A stretch of 41,596 nt of DNA, taken from positions 1 through 41,596 of the forward strand of contig JAZOQX010000080.1 of assembly GCA_045656325.1 (NCBI GenBank), given 5' to 3'. Positions 9,124 to 17,634 of this stretch are shown here, piece after piece. The position numbers were made by a program, and so were the translations under genes. Positions within the stretch are counted from its first letter, which is position 1, and every line of letters starts with the position of its first letter. This stretch comes from Eubacteriales bacterium. Its GTDB lineage: Bacteria; Bacillota; Clostridia; Oscillospirales; CAG-272. The notes beneath the pieces were generated by a model, which searched no databases, was not told the origin of the DNA, and saw only the letters and a list, made by a program, of their open reading frames with translations.

Positions 9124-9727
9124 TTAATTGAGTGTCTTATCCTTGGAAACAGAGTCGATCTCTTCGATCTTTTCGGACACGTCCTTCACGGTTATCTATT
9201 CGGAAAGCGATTGGATTACAAGCTTTTCCTTATTCGGATCGGACACCGCAACCTTGGGCGCTTCGACCTTAGACACATTCGCCTTAGGCACTTCCGCTAC
9301 CGGGCTGCTGCTCCTCTTCGCTCTGGGCGTGATACGCAATCAGATTGGTGCGGTCATCCGAAACCTCATGGAGCACGAGCATATCGCCAACAACAAGGTC
9401 TGTGCTCTCAATTTCGATAAGAGCTTTATTATCTACGGTGTATATCACGTCGGAGGAGCCAATCGTATATTCTTCGGTTTCCTCGGTTGCTGCGTAGTTC
9501 GTAAAATCCACGGCTTTTACGTCGGTAAACGTATACTCTTCTCCATCCTCGGTCAAGTCGTAGATCGTAAGAGTAAGCACACCCTCTTCACTGATAGCCG
9601 AAACCTCGGCGATCTTCGCGGCAATGGCGGAAATGATGATTCTTTTCTTTTTCTTTGCCGCGGCGCGTCGGTTCGGCTGCGTTGCCTTCGCTGTGGGCTT
9701 TGCATTGCTTTTTGCGGTAGGTTTCAT
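9124..9727 (-). pseudogene. Probably degraded membrane-anchored acidic protein (147-aa ORF 9284-9727 plus out-of-frame tail)
   Basis: Basic N-terminus with a very short hydrophobic stretch (KKKKRIIISAIAAK); after EEEQQP a shifted frame reads VAEVPKANVSKVEAPKVAVSDPNKEKLVIQSLSE*ITVKDVSEKIEEIDSVSKDKTLN* (TAG 9196-9198, TAA 9124-9126). Confidence 0.5.
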
Positions 9728-9790
9728 GTTTTTAAATCCTTTCTTCTCATGCTTTCTCGGGGTTCTCCCATTTTTCCATGCTATGGCATC

Positions 9791-9847
9791 ATTATACCCG
9801 CCCCTGCTAAAGATTGCCTAAAGATAACGGTGAACACTTCGTGAACA
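9791..9847 (-). promoter_or_regulatory. Promoter with phased 11-bp direct repeats, probably activator-dependent
   Basis: TATAAT at 9796-9791, no good -35; CTAAAGAT at 9807 and 9818, GTGAACA at 9830 and 9841. Confidence 0.45.
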
Positions 9848-9850
9848 TTT

Positions 9851-9884
9851 CAAAATAAATATCCCCCCGCTTTTACGGGGGGAT
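9851..9884 (-). terminator. Terminator of the ABC operon
   Basis: ATCCCCCCG / CGGGGGGAT stem, AT-rich tail on the minus strand. Confidence 0.6.
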
Positions 9885-9949
9885 GGCTTTTTTACATGGG
9901 TAAGCGGAGAGGACCGCGAAAATGAAATATGGCAAGACCCACGGGAGGA

Positions 9950-10693
9950 TCAGGAATAAAAGAACCTTCCGTTTTCCTGTCGAACCAACACACCGAGAAG
10001 ACGCAAAAGCAGATCTCCCTCGCAAAGCCTGCTTGGCGTATCCACCGCAGCCACCCGTCCCTCTGTCATGACGACGACGCGATGGGCATAGGAAAACGCC
10101 ATAGGCAGATCGTGAGATACCGCCACGATTCCCTTTCCCTCCTTGGCAAGCTCACCGAGCGTACGCATCAGCGAAAGCTGATGGGCAACGTCCAGATAGG
10201 TGGTCGGCTCGTCCAAAAGAATGTAATCCGCATTCCCCGCAAGCGCCATGGCAAGATACGCCGTTTGCCGCATTCCGCCCGAAAGCTCGGAAAGCGATGC
10301 TTGGGCAAAGGACATCAATCCCATCCGTTCCATCGCCTCACGAGCAACCGAGCGATCCTCTTTTGTGTAGCGTCCAAGGAATCCGAGATGAGGAAATCTT
10401 CCGTGCAAAACAAGCTGCTCTACCGTCATAGAGGGGACCTCTCTCCCCTGAGAAAGATAGGATACTCTTTGCGCGTATTCCCTGCGGGACATTTTTTTTG
10501 CGTGCTTTCCATCAACTGTGATTTCCCCACTCATCGGCGAGAGAATCCTTACAGCCGTCTTCAACAGTGTGCTTTTCCCGCATCCGTTGACACCGATCAC
10601 ACAGGTCAAAGCACCGCGCTCAAAGCCCACGCTCACGTCTTGAAGCACGGAGCGGGAGCCGTATCCCGCCGACAAGCCCTTGATCTCAAGCAT
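9950..10693 (-). CDS. ABC ATPase, iron-siderophore/cobalamin (FecE/BtuD) type
   Basis: Walker A GVNGCGKST, LSGG signature, Walker B ILLDEPT, SHD. Confidence 0.93.
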   Translation of the reverse strand: MLEIKGLSAGYGSRSVLQDVSVGFERGALTCVIGVNGCGKSTLLKTAVRILSPMSGEITVDGKHAKKMSRREYAQRVSYLSQGREVPSMTVEQLVLHGRFPHLGFLGRYTKEDRSVAREAMERMGLMSFAQASLSELSGGMRQTAYLAMALAGNADYILLDEPTTYLDVAHQLSLMRTLGELAKEGKGIVAVSHDLPMAFSYAHRVVVMTEGRVAAVDTPSRLCEGDLLLRLLGVLVRQENGRFFYS

Positions 10694-11705
10694 TTTTCCG
10701 CCCTCCTTTGCCTTTGATAAGAATGAAAAGGAAGAAGGGTGCGCCGAGGAACGCCATGAAGATGCCTACGGGAACCTCATAGGGAGCAAACACCGTTCTC
10801 GCCAGCGTATCACAGATCGCCACAAATCCCGCTCCGAGGATTGCCGAAAGGGGCAACAGATGCTTCCCTCCCCGAGACAGCCCTCTGACGGCGTGGGGGA
10901 CGAGCAAGCCCACGAAGGAAAGAAGTCCCGCAAGGCTTACCGCCGCTCCCGCGAGAAGCGCCGCCAAGCCCAAAAACAGCACGCGCATCAGCACCGTATT
11001 CATTCCGAGACTTCTTGCCGTATCATCCCCCAGCGCCAGCACCTCCAAGCGCTTGGAAAAAAGCAACAGTAGAAACAGTCCAAGAGTAATGACCGCCGAG
11101 GCGGGGATCAAGATTTTATAGGTCACCGAGGAAAAATCCCCGATTTTAAAATCGTTCCCGTAAATGGCGACCTCGGGCATGAAGGTGGTAACCGTATCTC
11201 CCACCGCGCCAAATAACGCGTTCAGCGCCACTCCCATGAGAATGACCGTTCCTTGGGACATTCCCCACCTTTTAGAACCGAGGGCAACCAGAAGCACCGC
11301 CAAAAGCGCGCCGAGAAAGGCAAAGAGAGAGACCTGCCATCCGCCGAGCAGACCAAGCGCCGAGCAAATTACCACCGCAAGCCCCGCTCCCGAATTGACG
11401 CCAATGACACTCGGAGACGCCAATCGATTTCCCAGCACCTCCTGCAGGACCGCGCCCGAGGCTGACAGTGCCGCGCCGCAAAGGAGCGCCGCCATCGTTC
11501 TGGGCATACGGACGTACCAAAGGATCCTTGCCTCGGGAGAGGACGGGCTATCACCGAACAACGCGCCGATTACCTCCGACGGGGATAGAGAGACCCCGCC
11601 GAAGCAAAGCCCCGCCATAAGAGCAAGCAAAATCCCCGCCGCGCCCAATATATAAAGGAACACCGTTCCCGTTGTTCCACTTTTACGGCTTGGTAAGCGC
11701 TTCAT
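10686..11705 (-). CDS. FecCD/BtuC-family ABC permease
   Basis: RMPR, NRLASP..IGV..GA, LALGDDTARSLG, FVGLLVPH, CDTLAR, EVPVG motifs; start placed after GAGGTG RBS. Confidence 0.92.
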   Translation of the reverse strand: MKRLPSRKSGTTGTVFLYILGAAGILLALMAGLCFGGVSLSPSEVIGALFGDSPSSPEARILWYVRMPRTMAALLCGAALSASGAVLQEVLGNRLASPSVIGVNSGAGLAVVICSALGLLGGWQVSLFAFLGALLAVLLVALGSKRWGMSQGTVILMGVALNALFGAVGDTVTTFMPEVAIYGNDFKIGDFSSVTYKILIPASAVITLGLFLLLLFSKRLEVLALGDDTARSLGMNTVLMRVLFLGLAALLAGAAVSLAGLLSFVGLLVPHAVRGLSRGGKHLLPLSAILGAGFVAICDTLARTVFAPYEVPVGIFMAFLGAPFFLFILIKGKGGRKNA

Positions 11706-12642
11706 ACAACACCTCATACGCCTCCGCCCAACGCGCGTTAGGCTTCAAATTAAACAATTCCTTATCCATAACGTGCACTCGGTTTTCCCGAACGGCACGC
11801 AAGCTTCCCCAGGCGGGATTGTCCGCCATCATCTGTCGGAGAGAGGCGTACGCCCCCTCGGTATCGTTCCCCATCGTCACGATAAAAATATGGGTCGGTT
11901 CCGCCTTGATCGCCGTCTCCACGCTCAGTCGATCCAAAAGACTCCCGTCGCGGTCGGCAAGGTTGATACAGCCCATATCCGCCAGCATCTCACCAAGAAT
12001 CGTCCCCTGACTTCCCTTCGCCTTCACCGTGGCAGAGGAGGTCCGAAGAAGCAGAACGGTTCGTTCCCCGTCGGAAGGACCCAACTCGGCGTATTGCTTC
12101 TTGATCGATTGGATCCTTTCCTGAATCTCCAAGCCGTTTTTTTCGTAAAGATCCTCCCGTCCCGTCAGATCGGTACAGATCCTCAGCATTCGCAGATAAT
12201 CCGAGACGTGGTCCACGTCAAAATAGGCTACGGCAATCCCCATCTCCTCCAAGATCTCCCCCATCGCCACGTGAGAGGCGGTAGAGGCGCTGGCAAGCAC
12301 AAGCTCGGGATCGGCCGCCAAAAGCCGCTCCGTACTCGGAGAATGAGCACCGCCGATATTGACCGCATCCCCAAGCGCTAATCCAAAATCACTCCATCCG
12401 TCCTCGGCAGAGGCGCAAAGCGCTCCTCCCGCCAAAGTCCAAACCTCGGCAAAGCTCCCAAGCAGAGCAGCCACCCGCGTCGGCTCATTTTCAAGGACAA
12501 CCTCCCGCCCAAGATCATCGGTAAATCGGGCAAAGACGTTCTCCGAGAGCTTTCGACTTTCTCCGCAGGAAAGGAACGCCATGCAAAAAAGACAGGCAAG
12601 AAAAAACGAAAAAATTTTCTTGCTCCTCCTGACGATTTTCAT
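11683..12642 (-). CDS. ABC substrate-binding lipoprotein (iron/cobalamin type)
   Basis: Lipobox FLSC; FTDDLGREV, P.RV, ERLLAADPELVL, AVRENRV motifs; RBS AAGGAG before ATG at 12642. Confidence 0.9.
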   Translation of the reverse strand: MKIVRRSKKIFSFFLACLFCMAFLSCGESRKLSENVFARFTDDLGREVVLENEPTRVAALLGSFAEVWTLAGGALCASAEDGWSDFGLALGDAVNIGGAHSPSTERLLAADPELVLASASTASHVAMGEILEEMGIAVAYFDVDHVSDYLRMLRICTDLTGREDLYEKNGLEIQERIQSIKKQYAELGPSDGERTVLLLRTSSATVKAKGSQGTILGEMLADMGCINLADRDGSLLDRLSVETAIKAEPTHIFIVTMGNDTEGAYASLRQMMADNPAWGSLRAVRENRVHVMDKELFNLKPNARWAEAYEVLYEALTKP

Positions 12643-12674
12643 ATGATTTTCTCTCTCCTTTTCCTCTCGGGTAA

Positions 12675-12733
12675 TTGACACCGTTTTGGTATCGTGTTAT
12701 AATGATTGTATCATATTCCCACAAAAATGTCAA
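12675..12733. promoter_or_regulatory. Face-to-face near-consensus sigma-A promoters
   Basis: + TTGACA(12675)-17-TATAAT(12698); - TTGACA(12733-12728)-17-TACAAT(12710-12705); both TG-extended. Confidence 0.75.
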
Positions 12734-12750
12734 CGAAGCGGAGGCAAACA

Positions 12751-13683
12751 ATGAGTCTGACGAAAGAACAAATCATGAGTGTTAAGGGAAGAGGCTTCCT
12801 CAGAAACCGAGGGACCGACTGCTTTTCGGGAAGGATTGTAACCGTTGCGGGTGTCTTTTCCCCCGCGGAACTTCGCGCGCTTGCCGAATGCGCCGAGCTC
12901 TTTGGAAACGGAAAGGTCATCTTTACCGCACGGCTTGCCGCCGAGGTGGTGGGGATCCCCTTTGATCGCATCCCCGACGCGGAAGCGTTTATGGCGGAAA
13001 AAGGTCTTTCCTTCGGAGGAACGGGCGCAAAGGTCCGTCCCATTGCCGCCTGCAAGGGAACCACCTGTATCTATGGAAATATAGACACCCAAGCCCTTGC
13101 CAAGACCGTGTTCGATCGCTTCTATATCGGAATGCGGGACGTAAAGCTCCCTCATAAATTCAAGATCGGCATCGGCGGCTGTCCCAACAGCTGCATGAAG
13201 CCCAGCCTCAACGACGTAGGAATCGAGGGCTGCCGCGCCTTCTCTCCCAATCCCGATCTCTGCCGTGGCTGTAAGCGTTGTCTTGTGGCGGAGAATTGTC
13301 CCTCCCGCGCGGTATCAATGGAAAACGGACGGGCTGTGGCAGACGAGAGAAAATGCACGAAATGCGGCGTGTGCGTCGGTAAATGCCCCTTCGGCGCGTT
13401 CCCCAAGGAGGCGGAAGCGGCGTGCCGCATCTTCGTGGGCGGTACGTGGGGCAAAACCCAAAGAATGGGTACGCTGCTTCGCGGAACCTACACCCCCGAT
13501 GACGTTCCGAACGTCATCGAAAAGGTTCTGCTTTGGTACAAGGAAAACGGATACGTAAAAGAGCGTCTTGGCGCAACCGTAGACCGTCTCGGTGCCGACG
13601 TACTGGAAAAAGCCCTCTCGACCGACGAGCTTCTTGCGCGAAAAGAGGAAATTTTGGCACTTCCCCTGAGGGAACGCCCCTGA
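12751..13683 (+). CDS. Nitrite/sulfite-reductase-like (AsrC-like) 4Fe-4S protein
   Basis: ACKGTTC..., LPHKFKIGIGGCPNSC, ferredoxin motifs CRGCKRC...CP and CTKCGVCVGKCP; RBS GGAGG before ATG 12751. Confidence 0.85.
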   Translation: MSLTKEQIMSVKGRGFLRNRGTDCFSGRIVTVAGVFSPAELRALAECAELFGNGKVIFTARLAAEVVGIPFDRIPDAEAFMAEKGLSFGGTGAKVRPIAACKGTTCIYGNIDTQALAKTVFDRFYIGMRDVKLPHKFKIGIGGCPNSCMKPSLNDVGIEGCRAFSPNPDLCRGCKRCLVAENCPSRAVSMENGRAVADERKCTKCGVCVGKCPFGAFPKEAEAACRIFVGGTWGKTQRMGTLLRGTYTPDDVPNVIEKVLLWYKENGYVKERLGATVDRLGADVLEKALSTDELLARKEEILALPLRERP

Positions 13684-13711
13684 AATCGGTCAAAAAATTT
13701 TTAAAACCCTC

Positions 13712-13740
13712 TTGACTTTACCGTGATAAAATGTTATAAT
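13712..13740 (+). promoter_or_regulatory. Sigma-A promoter of the T-box leader
   Basis: TTGACT-17-TATAAT with TG extension. Confidence 0.75.
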
Positions 13741-13749
13741 ACCCATGTC

Positions 13750-14027
13750 AAATGCGTTTGAGCAGGAACAAGTAGGCTCGGAGGCTTCCTCAGAGAGTTG
13801 TCGGTTGGTGCGAGACAATGGAAAAATCCCCCCCCGAATACATCCTGTGAGCAGTGCTCCGAACGAGGGTCTTCCTTTAGTAGGCGGCAACGGGAGTTCC
13901 CGTCACAGAACGAGAGTGTTGCTTGACACTCGGAAAGGTCGCAGCCGTGAGGTTGCGGTGAACTGAGGTGGTACCGCGGGTTTTTCTCGTCCTCTGTATG
14001 ATTGGATACAGAGGACGTTTTTATTTT
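13750..14027 (+). promoter_or_regulatory. T-box riboswitch (transcription antitermination), specifier probably UAC (Tyr)
   Basis: Stem I with AGTA, AGAGA and GGTG boxes; GAA-TAC-A at 13836-13842; T-box AACTGAGGTGGTACCGCG at 13961-13978; terminator CGTCCTCTGTAT/ATACAGAGGACG plus T-run. Confidence 0.9.
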
Positions 14028-14055
14028 CACAACGCATTCAACAAGGAGGAACAAC

Positions 14056-15609
14056 ATGACACAAGTACAGCTTTTCACCATCATCGCGCTCTGCATTTAT
14101 GCCATCTCCATGGCATTGATCGGCTGCTTCAGCTACAAAAAGACAAAAACGCTGGACGGCTTTCTCATCGGCGGACGAAACGTAGGCGCCTGGATGACCG
14201 CCTTTGGCTACGGAACCGCCTATTTCTCGGCGGTGGTATTCGTGGGCTACGCGGGTCAGCACGGCTGGAATATCGGCATCGGAGCCATCTGGATCGGCAT
14301 TGGCAACGCCGTTCTCGGTTGTCTGCTTTCTTGGCTTCTGTTCGCCAACAGAACCAGAAAGATGACCAAAAAGCTGGAAGCCAAGACCATGCCCGAATAC
14401 TTTGAAAAGCGATATAATTCCAAGGGCATGAAGCTCCTTGCCTCCTTGGTCATCTTTATCTTCCTTCTTCCCTACTCCGCTGCGGTATACAAGGGTCTTG
14501 GCGCTCTCTTCAGCACCATTTTCCCCGGAGTAGAGACGTGGGTATGGATGCTCATCATCGCCTCTCTCACCGCCATTTATTTAGTAGCGGGAGGCTACGT
14601 AGCGACCACCTACACCGATCTGATCCAAGGTACAGTCATGCTCATGGGTGTCGTTTCGCTGGTCATTGCGGTATTCAGCCATGAGAGCGTGGGCGGAATT
14701 TCGGGCTTCCTTGAGAATCTCGGTGCCTTTGAATCTCTGCCGAGCGATCCGAATCCCACAAGCGGAGATCAGCTTACCTCGATCTTTGGCGGCTCGTCGT
14801 TTAAATTCCTCTGCTTCAATATCATGCTCACCAGCTTCGGTACGTGGGGACTTCCTCAGATGATCGGAAAGTTCTACGCCGTCAAGGACACCGCCTCCAT
14901 TAAGCGCGGTACGGTGATCTCTACCATCTTCTGCCTCGTCATCGGCTGTGGCGCTTATCTCGTAGGAAGCACCTCCCGTCTCATTCTCGGCGGTCAGCTT
15001 CCCGAGGGCGGCGTGGACTCGGTTATTCCCACGCTTTTGGTCGAGGTACTCGGAAACGGAACCTTCGGCATGATTCTCTTGGCAGTCATTATGATCCTGC
15101 TTCTGTCGGCCTCCATGTCCACACTGGAAGCAGTGGTCCTCACCTCCGCGTCCGCGGTATCGGTTGACCTCATTCCCTCTCTCAAGAAAAAGCCCTTCAA
15201 GGCAGATACGCAGATGGTCGTGACCCGACTCTTCTGTCTTGCCTTCGTAGGTTGCTCCTTCTTCTTCGCCACTCAGAACATTCCGATTATCGTCAGCCTC
15301 ATGTCCTTCTCTTGGGGCGTGGTATCGGGATGCTTCATCGGTCCTTACATTTGGGGACTCTTTTCCAAGCGGATCACCAAGGCGGGGGCGTACGCGGGCA
15401 TGATCACGGGACTTCTGACCGTAGGCATTGCCACCCTCTTCATCTCCCTGACCTCTGGCTTTTCCGCCGCTGCGGCAAAATCTCCCGAAATGGGCGTATG
15501 CGCCATGGCGCTTTCCCTGATCGTGGTTCCCGTAGTCAGCGCGTTGACCAAGAACCGCGACAAGGCGCGTGTAGAGGAAATCTTCGCCTGCTACAACGAA
15601 AAGGATTAA
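14056..15609 (+). CDS. Sodium:solute symporter (SSS/PutP-like), amino-acid importer
   Basis: Many TM segments; FLIGGRNVGAW, TMPEYFEKRY, TDLIQG, GLPQ, SASMST motifs; RBS AAGGAGG before ATG 14056. Confidence 0.92.
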   Translation: MTQVQLFTIIALCIYAISMALIGCFSYKKTKTLDGFLIGGRNVGAWMTAFGYGTAYFSAVVFVGYAGQHGWNIGIGAIWIGIGNAVLGCLLSWLLFANRTRKMTKKLEAKTMPEYFEKRYNSKGMKLLASLVIFIFLLPYSAAVYKGLGALFSTIFPGVETWVWMLIIASLTAIYLVAGGYVATTYTDLIQGTVMLMGVVSLVIAVFSHESVGGISGFLENLGAFESLPSDPNPTSGDQLTSIFGGSSFKFLCFNIMLTSFGTWGLPQMIGKFYAVKDTASIKRGTVISTIFCLVIGCGAYLVGSTSRLILGGQLPEGGVDSVIPTLLVEVLGNGTFGMILLAVIMILLLSASMSTLEAVVLTSASAVSVDLIPSLKKKPFKADTQMVVTRLFCLAFVGCSFFFATQNIPIIVSLMSFSWGVVSGCFIGPYIWGLFSKRITKAGAYAGMITGLLTVGIATLFISLTSGFSAAAAKSPEMGVCAMALSLIVVPVVSALTKNRDKARVEEIFACYNEKD

Positions 15610-15618
15610 ATTTTACAT

Positions 15619-15652
15619 AAGAAAAGGGACTGAACGATCAGTCCCTTTTCTT
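15619..15652. terminator. Bidirectional terminator
   Basis: AAGAAAAGGGACTGA-ACGA-TCAGTCCCTTTTCTT between convergent genes. Confidence 0.85.
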
Positions 15653-16344
15653 TATCCGCTTGTCAGGTCGCCATCCCCCGAAAGATCAACGGGCGTGCCG
15701 AGATAGGTAGGACTCGGCTTGCAGATTCCAAGCCAAAAATCCTTATTTCTCGCCAACACCTCCCGTGCGTCCCGTTGCCATTGGTTCCGATAGGAGCGGG
15801 CATCTGCCGCCACTCCGTAGGCTTCTACACCGAGTGCCCTTGCAATATACAACGCCCGATACAGGTGATATTCCTGTGTGACGATCACGATCCGACGGGC
15901 ACCAAAGACCTCCTTTGCCCGATAAATGCTCTCGTAGGTGGAAAATCCCGCGTGATCCATAAACACCGAGGAGGACGGTACGCCCCGCTCCACCGCGTAT
16001 TGCTTCATGGCGTTCACCTCATCGTAATCCTCGGTTCCGTGATCTCCGCTCATCAGCAAGCGATCGCACACCCCGCTCTCATAAAGCGCCACGCCGTACG
16101 CCAGCCGATCCGCCAGCATATCGCTGGGAGTTCCGTCCGAGCGCACAAGGCATCCCAGCACCAAAATACAGTCCGCGTCCTCCAAGCCTGCCGCCTCCTC
16201 AAGGGAGAGGATCCGATCATCTGTGCTTCCCTTTACGTAGGCATTGATACAGAACAGAAAGCAAAGAAGCAAAAGAAGAATACACGCAACGATCCATAGA
16301 ATCCGCTTGACGGTGGGGCTTGGCTTTTTTACCAAGGGCTTCAT
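15652..16344 (-). CDS. SanA/YdcF (DUF218) family protein
   Basis: N-terminal TM; LVLG, LADRL, LLMSGD, DHAGFSTYES, VTQEYHLYRA, REVLAR. Confidence 0.88.
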   Translation of the reverse strand: MKPLVKKPSPTVKRILWIVACILLLLLCFLFCINAYVKGSTDDRILSLEEAAGLEDADCILVLGCLVRSDGTPSDMLADRLAYGVALYESGVCDRLLMSGDHGTEDYDEVNAMKQYAVERGVPSSSVFMDHAGFSTYESIYRAKEVFGARRIVIVTQEYHLYRALYIARALGVEAYGVAADARSYRNQWQRDAREVLARNKDFWLGICKPSPTYLGTPVDLSGDGDLTSG

Positions 16345-17468
16345 ATCTTGATATGTACGCCGTTGACCTCGACCTCGCCGTCCGCGCGGATGAGGATATA
16401 ACGGATTCCGTCAATCACACGGGTCTCCACCAGATCACCGTACCCCTGCGCCACCTTAATGCTGACCTCGGGGGTCTTGACCCGCAATTGCTTGCTGTCC
16501 GCCAGATTCTTGGGCAAAAGCTCCGCGTCGTCGCCAAATTCCTCTCTGTATTTTTCCTCAAAGGTATTGACTCTTTCCTCGGGAATCCCCATCTGCCGAA
16601 GCATATCCGCCGCCACGTCGGAGGTAATGGTCAATGGCTCCTCTACCCCCTCCTCCTTTGCCGCCTCGGTCATTTGGCAGACCTGCGCGTGGAGGGAGCG
16701 TACTACCCGAAGACTGCAATCCTCCTCCATGGACTCTGCCAACACGCTTCCAAAGGTCGCCTTCTGCTCTGCCGCCGCCATGGGAAGACGCGGCTCGGAG
16801 GAAAAGAGCGCCTCTGCCAGCTCCTCATGCCGATTGGTCAGATCCTTGGTATAGTACATTGCCTTGTAGATATTGGCAGTCCGATCGTCAAAGGCGGGAA
16901 ACAGGAAGCCGACCTCGGGCTGACAGAGCATGGTATCCGCGCCGATGGAGCGGAAGCAGTTTCCCGGTACGTAATAGCTCAGCACGGGCTTTGCGTTTTT
17001 AATGGGACAAACGGCGCAAAGGATATAGGAAAACACCTCCGCGGACTCGTTCCTTTCCCCGTCTGCCGAATAGGAAACCACGTCATAGGTGTCGTGCGCC
17101 AAAAGAATGAGAAAATTTCCCTCGGTCGCGTAGGAAGAAATGATTTTTTCATATAAACGGTGAACCGTCTCCCGATTTTTCAGTCGCTCCGCGCGAAGCT
17201 GAGCCAAAAGCATATGCTCCGTGCCCTCCATGACCTGCGCGGTGCTGAAGGGAACCTCTGCAAGATTCCGCCCCACGTTTCCGCTCAGTACCTTTTTGAG
17301 CATACGGAGCATCTGCTCCGCCTCCTCCTCGGGCATCAGTCCCAGTCCCTGATCAAATTCCGAAATGACCTCCTTTTTCTCATTGACAAAGCACCCGCAC
17401 ACACGGGTAATATTGCTTTTATCCTTACGGTAACGCCGACGAAGCTCGGCAAGCTCTTTTTCATTCAT
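16341..17468 (-). CDS. DUF4317-family protein
   Basis: MNEKELAELRRR, YILCAVCP, GFLFPAFDDR, C-terminal GEVEVNG; overlaps the next gene by 4 nt (ATGA). Confidence 0.75.
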   Translation of the reverse strand: MNEKELAELRRRYRKDKSNITRVCGCFVNEKKEVISEFDQGLGLMPEEEAEQMLRMLKKVLSGNVGRNLAEVPFSTAQVMEGTEHMLLAQLRAERLKNRETVHRLYEKIISSYATEGNFLILLAHDTYDVVSYSADGERNESAEVFSYILCAVCPIKNAKPVLSYYVPGNCFRSIGADTMLCQPEVGFLFPAFDDRTANIYKAMYYTKDLTNRHEELAEALFSSEPRLPMAAAEQKATFGSVLAESMEEDCSLRVVRSLHAQVCQMTEAAKEEGVEEPLTITSDVAADMLRQMGIPEERVNTFEEKYREEFGDDAELLPKNLADSKQLRVKTPEVSIKVAQGYGDLVETRVIDGIRYILIRADGEVEVNGVHIKI

Positions 17469-17500
17469 GAAAGCATCCCTCTCCTTTTTGAGTTGCTTTT

Positions 17501-17607
17501 ATTGTACCACAGTTTCTCTCTTTTTTCAAGACGCTTCTGAAAATCGGACATTTTCGTAAAAAAATGTCCGATTTTCTGTTGCAAAACTCCATCGTCTCTG
17601 TTATAAT
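17501..17607. promoter_or_regulatory. Back-to-back promoters with a central 16-bp inverted repeat
   Basis: - TTGAAA-17-TACAAT (17529-17501); + TTGCAA-17-TATAAT (17579-17607); GAAAATCGGACATTTT / AAAATGTCCGATTTTC at 17539-17576. Confidence 0.65.
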
Positions 17608-17634
17608 ACACCCAAGAACACGGAGGAGGCAGAC

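Noticed and set aside
9196-9198. In-frame TAG as recoding or read-through
   Set aside because: Other genes here (typA, the tagA-like gene) use TAG as a normal stop, and the same locus also appears frameshifted, so decay is simpler.
9128-9844. 238-aa plus-strand ORF
   Set aside because: Antisense shadow of the minus-strand (pseudo)gene; composition typical of reverse-frame translation.
13828-13835. C8 tract as a Pro specifier or phase-variable homopolymer
   Set aside because: It precedes the loop-E GAA and can pair with the G-rich strand of Stem I; no evidence of length variation from one sequence.
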